The notes under the pieces are model-generated. The model was not told where the DNA came from. It worked only from the letters and a program-made list of their open reading frames with translations, and did not search any database. The translations under genes were made by a program, and so were the position numbers. DNA of 64,000 nucleotides from Opitutales bacterium (GTDB taxonomy: Bacteria > Verrucomicrobiota > Verrucomicrobiia > Opitutales > T3Sed10-336), in assembly GCA_022565335.1 (NCBI GenBank), contig JAIUMY010000001.1, positions 7,817-71,816 of the forward strand, written 5' to 3'. This document shows, in pieces, positions 58,070 through 64,000 of this stretch. Numbering within the stretch: the stretch's first letter is position 1; each line of letters begins with the position of its first letter.

Positions 58070-61000
58070 ATGGATCACACCCACATTGTTCAATCAAGCG
58101 ACTTGGACCGTTATGCACCAACGAGGGAAAGCCAAGCGGTAATCCCAGAGTTGGTTTATTGGCTCGTAAAGCAGTCCTGTGCCGATATCACAGCCTGTCG
58201 GATTCCTTATGGCGATGCAGTGAACCAACCAGGTTGGGATGGCATGGTTGAATCCGAAGCAGGATTTTTCGAGTTTGTTCCAAAGGGTAAATCGTTTTGG
58301 GAAATAGGAACAGGAGCCGATGCACAGAGCAAAGCAACCGAAGATTTTAGAAAGCGAACCCAACAAATGGATGACGAGGAACGTGCGAATTCTTCATTCG
58401 TCTTCGTAACCCCCCGCAGGTGGGATGAGCCCGAGCTGACAGCGTGGATAGCACGAAGAAAAGACAAGGGATGGAAGCAGATTCGGGTCATTGATGGCGT
58501 CAAACTCGCTGATTGGCTACGAGAACATCCGGCCGTCGGAAAATGGATGGCCAAGAAACTTAATTTAACGACGAACCTCGGTGGGATAGCGACTGCATCC
58601 GAACACTGGGACGATATAGTTTCGGAGAGCGCTGGTGACGATCCGCCCTTGCCACCTAAACTATTTACTATCGGAAGGACAGGAGCATCTGATGCATTAC
58701 AGGCTCTATTCGAGGGAAAAAAACAGGTTCTTATGTTCTTCGCCCAAAGCCCACAGGATGTCGCTGATTTTATCTCGGCCTTTTTGGCTGGATTGGAAAC
58801 TGAGACGTTTCGAGATTACAACAATAGGTGCCTTTACATAAACGATGAACAGGCGTGGCGTAGCATTGTTGAAACCCGCCTTCCCCACGTTTTGGTTGCT
58901 GACTCACGTCTCGGACTGGAGACCGAGGAAGGTGCTACGCTTCAGACAATTGCTCGGCGAAGAGGACATGCTGTGGTTGTCCCACTCTGTGGATATTGGG
59001 CAGGTGATAGCCCGGAAACCCTAAAACTACCTAGTCCTTCGCAATCGCAGATTGAGTCAGCCCTCAAAGAATCAGGATACACCGAAATACGTGCCAGAGA
59101 ACTTGGGAGGATAGGCGGTGATCGAATTTCAGCACTTCTCCGCTACCTGCGAGGCTATGGAAATCTGCCTCCATACGCATCATGGAACAATGCGACTCTA
59201 ATCGCGCAAGCAGGGCTAGTTGGTAAGTGGGATGGATCCAGCCCCGCAGATCGATCCGCCTTGGAGAAGTTGCTGGGAAAAAGTTATGGGGAGTGGATCG
59301 AGATTCTGAGGCCTGACACGCTTCGCTCGGACTCTCCCCTGATTCAACGTGACGAAAAGTGGCGATTTGTTGCGCGCGGCGAGGCGTGGAAGTTTCTTGG
59401 AAATCGGATTACGGATGATGACTTAGATAGGTTCCGGATGACAGCGGTTGCTGTTTTGAGTGAGATAGACCCTAAATTTGACCTTCCAAAGGAAGAACGA
59501 TATGCCGCGAGTATTCATGGGAAAGTGCTCAATCATTCCCACCTGATTAGAAAGGGAATTGCTGAGACGCTAGCTTTGATGGGAAGTTTTCCGACGGCAT
59601 TGACTTCGTGCAGCGACGGGAAGGCGACAGCCATCGCTGTTCTGGTTGTGCACAAGCTGTTGAACAAGGCGAATTGGGATCGCTGGGCCAGTCTGGATTC
59701 AATTATGCCGCTTTTGGCCGAAGCCGCGCCCGACGAGTTTCTCGATGCTGTGGAATCTGTCCTTATCGACCTATCCGACACGCCTTTCCACAAAGTTTAT
59801 GCAGAAGAGGGAGGCGGTGGATTGGGAAGCTGGAACTATATGAGCGGACTTCTTTGGGCGCTGGAGACCTTGGCGTGGAGTCCCAAATATCTCTCCCGCG
59901 TGTCAGTCATCCTAGCTGATATTGCGTCGTTCGATCCCGGGGGAAACTGGACAAATCGCCCTTCAAATTCTTTGGCAGACATTTTCTTGCCGTGGCATTT
60001 CCAAACCACTGCGCGATTTGAAAAGCGTAAAGCGGCTGTTGAAGCAGTGATAAAAGAGCATCCGTCGGTGGGCTGGAGGCTTCTCTTGGCATTGTTGCCG
60101 CACAACCATGGTTTCACCAGTGGGTGTCATCGCCCTGTCTGGCGGGACTTCATCCCTCGAGACTGGAAAGATGGTGTGCTAAGAAGCGAATATTGGGAGC
60201 AGATCACCGCCTACACCGACCTCGCTGTAGCACTAGCTAAGAGTGACTCAGGAAAGCTTTGCGAGCTTATCAAGAGGCTGTCCGATTTGCCAAGGGCGGC
60301 GCACGAAAGTCTCCTGGAGCACCTTGCTTCGGACGAGATCGTATCGTTGCCCGAGGAAGATCGCATGCCTCTGTGGGAGAATCTTGATGGGCTGGTTAGA
60401 AATCACCGGAAGTTCGCAGATGCTGATTGGGCAATGCCCGAAGAGGTGGTCTGCAAAATTGCCGAAACCGCTAAATTACTCGCACCAGTTTCACCCGCAT
60501 TTAAATTCCATCACCTATTCAGTGGCAGGGATTTCGACTTGTATGACGAAAAGGGAGATTACGATGAGCAACGAAAGCGGCTCGACGAAGCCCGCCAAAC
60601 CGCCATTTCTGAGATTTTAGATGCTGATGGAATTGATGCAGCTTTGCAGTTTGCCTCCAAAGTCGACGCTCCTTACGAAGTCGGTCGAGCGCTTGGATTG
60701 ATCTCTACAGATGAGATAGAGGGGTTAATATTACCAAGTATTTTAGATTCTGAAGACGACATATTAGTTCGAGTTGTCGCCGGATTCATTTGGAGGCGTT
60801 TCTGGGAACTCAAAACGGACTGGGTGGATAGAGTTCTTGAACGGGGCTGGTCGGCGGAGCATCAAGCCAAATTCCTGACGTTACTCCCTTTTGAAGAAGC
60901 GATATGGGAGCGGGTGTCAACGAAGCTGGGAGCCTCTCACGAGTCGCTGTATTGGAAAAATGCAAGGGTTAATCCTTACGGGCGAGACCGAGATCTATCG

Positions 61001-61873
61001 TTTGCAATTGAAAAGTTACTCGAATACGGACGCGAAGGGGCAGCAGTTATGTGCGTTGCCCACACAGCAGATGATGAATCACGGTTCGATGAATCGCTAG
61101 CCACACGTGCTCTTCTGGCGGTCCTTGAAAATAAGAATGGAATTAAAGAGTTGGACAACTATCAGACCGTCGAATTGATCAAGCATCTTCAGGAGTCCAA
61201 AACAGCTGATAAAGATGCCCTTTTCCAAATTGAATGGAATTTTCTCCCTTGGCTGGATAGCTTCTCATCTGGATCGCCAGTTACTTTGGAAAAGCGGCTG
61301 GCGTCGGATCCAGCTTTTTTCGCGGAAGCTATTGGTCTCGTGTTCCGCTCTAAGAACGCAAGTGAGGATAGTGAAAACGAGCAAATTGAAAACAAAAAGC
61401 ATCTTGCCATGAACGCTTACAAACTCCTGACGAATTGGAAGCATTGCCCCGGCATACAAGATGATGGATCGTTTTGCGCCGATGCATTTGATGCATGGCT
61501 AAGTGAGACTCGCAGGTTAACCGAGGAGTCGGGCCATGTAGAGGTTGCGCAAATCCAGATTGGTCATGTATTGACATGTGCCCCACCAGATCCCGACGGG
61601 CTCTGGATCCACTCTGCGGTAGCTGATGCATTGAACTTTCGCGACACAGGAGAGATGCGATCTGGATTCACAACTCAACTCTTCAATGATCGTGGAGTTC
61701 ACGGATTCACTCACGGTGAAGAGGAACGACAACTTGCAAAGCAGTATCGGGAGAAAGCCGATGCTCTTGATGCAAGAGCCTACACACGTTTCGCAGCTGC
61801 AATGCGTGAGTTCGCTGAACAATACGAACGAGATGCTGAACGCCAAGCTAACCGTGATCCTTTCGAAGATTAA
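58070..61873 (+). CDS. Large hypothetical protein (1267 aa), no NTPase motif, mostly helical
   Basis: Uninterrupted ORF in an AT-richer segment. I found no GxxxxGK[ST]. The N-terminal ~170 aa (PGWDGMVES..KGKSFWEIGT..FVFVTPRRW) is distinct from the long helical remainder. Confidence 0.7.
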   Translation: MDHTHIVQSSDLDRYAPTRESQAVIPELVYWLVKQSCADITACRIPYGDAVNQPGWDGMVESEAGFFEFVPKGKSFWEIGTGADAQSKATEDFRKRTQQMDDEERANSSFVFVTPRRWDEPELTAWIARRKDKGWKQIRVIDGVKLADWLREHPAVGKWMAKKLNLTTNLGGIATASEHWDDIVSESAGDDPPLPPKLFTIGRTGASDALQALFEGKKQVLMFFAQSPQDVADFISAFLAGLETETFRDYNNRCLYINDEQAWRSIVETRLPHVLVADSRLGLETEEGATLQTIARRRGHAVVVPLCGYWAGDSPETLKLPSPSQSQIESALKESGYTEIRARELGRIGGDRISALLRYLRGYGNLPPYASWNNATLIAQAGLVGKWDGSSPADRSALEKLLGKSYGEWIEILRPDTLRSDSPLIQRDEKWRFVARGEAWKFLGNRITDDDLDRFRMTAVAVLSEIDPKFDLPKEERYAASIHGKVLNHSHLIRKGIAETLALMGSFPTALTSCSDGKATAIAVLVVHKLLNKANWDRWASLDSIMPLLAEAAPDEFLDAVESVLIDLSDTPFHKVYAEEGGGGLGSWNYMSGLLWALETLAWSPKYLSRVSVILADIASFDPGGNWTNRPSNSLADIFLPWHFQTTARFEKRKAAVEAVIKEHPSVGWRLLLALLPHNHGFTSGCHRPVWRDFIPRDWKDGVLRSEYWEQITAYTDLAVALAKSDSGKLCELIKRLSDLPRAAHESLLEHLASDEIVSLPEEDRMPLWENLDGLVRNHRKFADADWAMPEEVVCKIAETAKLLAPVSPAFKFHHLFSGRDFDLYDEKGDYDEQRKRLDEARQTAISEILDADGIDAALQFASKVDAPYEVGRALGLISTDEIEGLILPSILDSEDDILVRVVAGFIWRRFWELKTDWVDRVLERGWSAEHQAKFLTLLPFEEAIWERVSTKLGASHESLYWKNARVNPYGRDRDLSFAIEKLLEYGREGAAVMCVAHTADDESRFDESLATRALLAVLENKNGIKELDNYQTVELIKHLQESKTADKDALFQIEWNFLPWLDSFSSGSPVTLEKRLASDPAFFAEAIGLVFRSKNASEDSENEQIENKKHLAMNAYKLLTNWKHCPGIQDDGSFCADAFDAWLSETRRLTEESGHVEVAQIQIGHVLTCAPPDPDGLWIHSAVADALNFRDTGEMRSGFTTQLFNDRGVHGFTHGEEERQLAKQYREKADALDARAYTRFAAAMREFAEQYERDAERQANRDPFED

Positions 61874-61914
61874 CGGAACAAATCTGCAAATACTCACCTG
61901 GATCTAGCAAACCC

Positions 61915-62079
61915 ATGCCCTGGCAACAACAGTTCCAAACCGAGCACAGCAATAGCCAGGTGCTTGGCTATCTGGACGCTTCGAGGGAGGCTTTTCGGCG
62001 GTATTTCCGGGAGGCGGGTGCCGACGAAGATAAAGACTCCCCACCACAAAGACGCGGAGATCGGAAGGATTTACTTTAA
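61915..62079 (+). CDS. Possible 54-aa small ORF, below the track cut-off
   Basis: My translation is MPWQQQFQTEHSNSQVLGYLDASREAFRRYFREAGADEDKDSPPQRRGDRKDLL. Its TAA stop abuts the next ATG (TAAATG at 62077-62082). Confidence 0.35.
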   Translation: MPWQQQFQTEHSNSQVLGYLDASREAFRRYFREAGADEDKDSPPQRRGDRKDLL

Positions 62080-62553
62080 ATGAGTCGCTTTCCCTACAAC
62101 GCTTTCCAGATTGAAGAAATTGTGCAGGTTGAAAAACACCCGCGCGATTGGGAACCGATTGAATTCGAGAAGGGACAACGAGGCAACCAATCCCGCCTCG
62201 CTGATGTCCAGTTGCTCCGGGAGGATGCCCGAACCGACCGACTCCGATTGATTATTCGCGCTGGACGGGTGAATCAGCCAGAAACCTTTGCGGCGGCGCT
62301 CCTTTTGGAAAACACGAAGATTCGGGGAATCGATTTCCATCCTATGGAGCGACGGAAGTGGTATGGAAAGGTCGCGATCCCAGCTGGCTGGCACCAGGAT
62401 GTGATCGACCCCAATCTCGATCAGTCCGATTTGAACTACCAGCGCAGATTGCCTGTCGAAGATTTTGAGCCTTACGATTTAGTGGACTTTTTGAAGCGAG
62501 TCTCCACCATCTGGAATATCACCTTGCCAAATCAATCCGATTATCTACTATGA
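62080..62553 (+). CDS. Hypothetical protein (157 aa)
   Basis: ORF with a 4-nt ATGA overlap to the next gene. No motif recognised. Confidence 0.65.
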   Translation: MSRFPYNAFQIEEIVQVEKHPRDWEPIEFEKGQRGNQSRLADVQLLREDARTDRLRLIIRAGRVNQPETFAAALLLENTKIRGIDFHPMERRKWYGKVAIPAGWHQDVIDPNLDQSDLNYQRRLPVEDFEPYDLVDFLKRVSTIWNITLPNQSDYLL

Positions 62554-63338
62554 GCATCGACAAAACTGAACTCACCAACACCTTGCGCGCTGCGTTCGCG
62601 TCCTTTTGGGAGGAACAGCTCCAGGTTGAGGCTGTTGCCGGTGGATTAGCTGTTTCGCCACCGCTGCTTTATGCGGACGGTTGGCAGGTGACCATCTACC
62701 TCGAACAACTAACGCCCAAGCAATGGCGGATCACCGACCGGGGAGCGACCTTGGGCAAACTGCTCGATGCCGGACTCCAACCTGACCAGGGAAAGCTGGC
62801 AACTTTGATTCAGCGACAAACGTCTTTCTACGGGTTTGACCGTGACGGCCTGCAGTTCGAAAAACTGGTGCGGTTTCCCTTCGAAGTCGCGGAAATACAG
62901 ATTTTCGCTGAAGGACTGATCGCTCTCTCCCATCAAATGCCAAAGGTCCCCAAGGAAATCATTCCCGGCACGGAACACATGATTGAGGATCGCATTGCCT
63001 CGTTTTTCTACAACCGCCGCCTCACCCCGCTCCGGCGGCACAAACTTGCCGGGCAGGTGGAACGGGAGATCACCGTTGATTTTTATCTCGAAGGTCCGCA
63101 GCCCTTGGCTCTCCAACCGGTCACCCGGGCGCGGAATCTGCGCCCTTACATGGAACAGTGGGGATGGCGCTGGACCGATCTCAAGAATCGGCATCCCGAT
63201 ATGATCCGCGCCATGATTTACGATCCCGACAACCAGCCTTGGGACGAAGCCTCGCTGAACATCGGCCGGGAGGTTTGCACCATTTTCGCACCTTACCATG
63301 AAACCGATGCGGCCTTGAGTGCCGCCTTGACGGCTTGA
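62550..63338 (+). CDS. Hypothetical protein (262 aa), possibly DUF1828/DUF1829-like
   Basis: The N-terminal pattern LYADGWQVTIYLEQL..WRITDRGATLGKL recalls DUF1828. This is a memory-based call, not searched. It overlaps both neighbours by 4 nt. Confidence 0.55.
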   Translation: MSIDKTELTNTLRAAFASFWEEQLQVEAVAGGLAVSPPLLYADGWQVTIYLEQLTPKQWRITDRGATLGKLLDAGLQPDQGKLATLIQRQTSFYGFDRDGLQFEKLVRFPFEVAEIQIFAEGLIALSHQMPKVPKEIIPGTEHMIEDRIASFFYNRRLTPLRRHKLAGQVEREITVDFYLEGPQPLALQPVTRARNLRPYMEQWGWRWTDLKNRHPDMIRAMIYDPDNQPWDEASLNIGREVCTIFAPYHETDAALSAALTA

Positions 63339-63703
63339 AATCGATGAGCTTGCTCAATCAACTCCACCAACTGGCCCATGAATGCGCCAACGACAACTGG
63401 GATGGCTATGGTGCCGAAGCCGTGAATGCAGCGACTCTGGCGTGTGCGGAGGCGTTTGTCCGGGCTTTGCCCGAGGAAATTCCTTTACCAGAGATTTCCG
63501 CAGAGCCGGATGGCGCGATCACATTCGACTGGATGCCGCTTCCAACCAAATCCTTCACCCTCAGTGTTAGCGGAAGCAACCGTCTTGCCTATGCCTGGAT
63601 CGACGGGACAGACCGAGGACACGCTGCTGTAAAATTTGCCGAGGCAAAGATTCCTTCCTGCGTGCTCACCGAAATTAAACGCCGATGTGTCCTTTCGTGC
63701 TGA
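63335..63703 (+). CDS. Hypothetical protein (122 aa)
   Basis: ORF coupled by a 4-nt overlap. Contains NDNWDGYGAEAV..PEISAEPDGAITFDW. No assignable family. Confidence 0.6.
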   Translation: MKSMSLLNQLHQLAHECANDNWDGYGAEAVNAATLACAEAFVRALPEEIPLPEISAEPDGAITFDWMPLPTKSFTLSVSGSNRLAYAWIDGTDRGHAAVKFAEAKIPSCVLTEIKRRCVLSC

Positions 63704-63868
63704 TTCCGAAGAGTTATTTTTGAATCACTGGAGGTGAGAAATTGAGAAGAAATTAATCTAGCCCTTCCTACAAAACACTTTCATCATCCAAATACCGCTT
63801 TAACCTAAGCCATATTTTTGTTTTACCTAGTGCCAAGCAATACCTCTCTTTTTGCGTCAATACCTATC

Positions 63869-64000
63869 ATGAAAAACCGTCTCCTTGCTTTTGTGACTCT
63901 CTTTCTCGCGCTTTCCCTGCCCGTCCTTGCCGACGAACTCCCGGAACGGGTAGCCCGGTTTGAGCAAATGCTGCTCCGCTCGCCCGGTCCGGGATCGGCC
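63869..64000 (+). CDS. 5' end of a paralogue of the giant TPR protein (runs off the window)
   Basis: My translation is MKNRLLAFVTLFLALSLPVLADELPERVARFEQMLLRSPGPGSA. It parallels MMRKRTLL..LFADEALPGDIQRYEQMLLQAPGPSPA at 44949. Confidence 0.6.
   Translation, partial: MKNRLLAFVTLFLALSLPVLADELPERVARFEQMLLRSPGPGSA

Noticed and set aside
1-64000. Search by eye for tRNA, rRNA, integrase, transposase or phage structural genes that would define a classical mobile element.
   Set aside because: None was recognised. I therefore did not call any region a prophage, ICE or IS element, and the islands are described only as accessory regions.

Overview
High-GC bacterial chromosomal window, with gene content that suggests a PVC-superphylum or Verrucomicrobiota-like organism (a weak inference from the anSME, the MoxR/DUF58/BatA/VWA/giant-TPR operon and many secreted VWA/TPR proteins). 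I found no rRNA, tRNA, CRISPR array, integrase or transposase. All protein-family calls rest on motifs I recognise by eye, with no searches run. Start codons are provisional because the ORF track uses ATG, GTG and TTG starts.

Layout:
- **1-1.7 kb:** 5' part of a copA-type P-type ATPase, on the minus strand and absent from the ORF track.
- **1.9-4.4 kb:** small accessory patch. It holds a fic gene bracketed by a perfect 51-bp direct repeat, a fragment of an AbiEii-like gene, and a yefM/yoeB module whose antitoxin has an atypical 5' end.
- **4.5-27.6 kb:** mostly core genes. These are anSME, a PEP-synthase-like ATP-grasp protein, the ispE-menF-metG operon, a BacNav sodium channel, leuS, a glycosyltransferase, a GHMP kinase, a metzincin protease, an OmpR/HK pair and a VWA protein. 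They are punctuated by GC-rich hairpin/repeat clusters.
- **27.9-35 kb:** toxin-antitoxin island with 3 VapBC-type and 2 zeta-like modules. It also carries gene remnants and copies of a modular ~150-360 bp repeat family.
- **37.1-51.9 kb:** Bat-like operon ending in a 2332-aa TPR protein.
- **52-63.8 kb:** a visibly more AT-rich island that sits between that TPR gene and the start of a paralogue. It carries a Type I R-M system with hsdR, a four-helix-bundle IVS-type gene and a fused hsdM-hsdS.

The best candidate for an undescribed system lies just downstream of the R-M genes. It is a 1267-aa protein with no P-loop, followed by four tightly coupled small genes with no assignable function.
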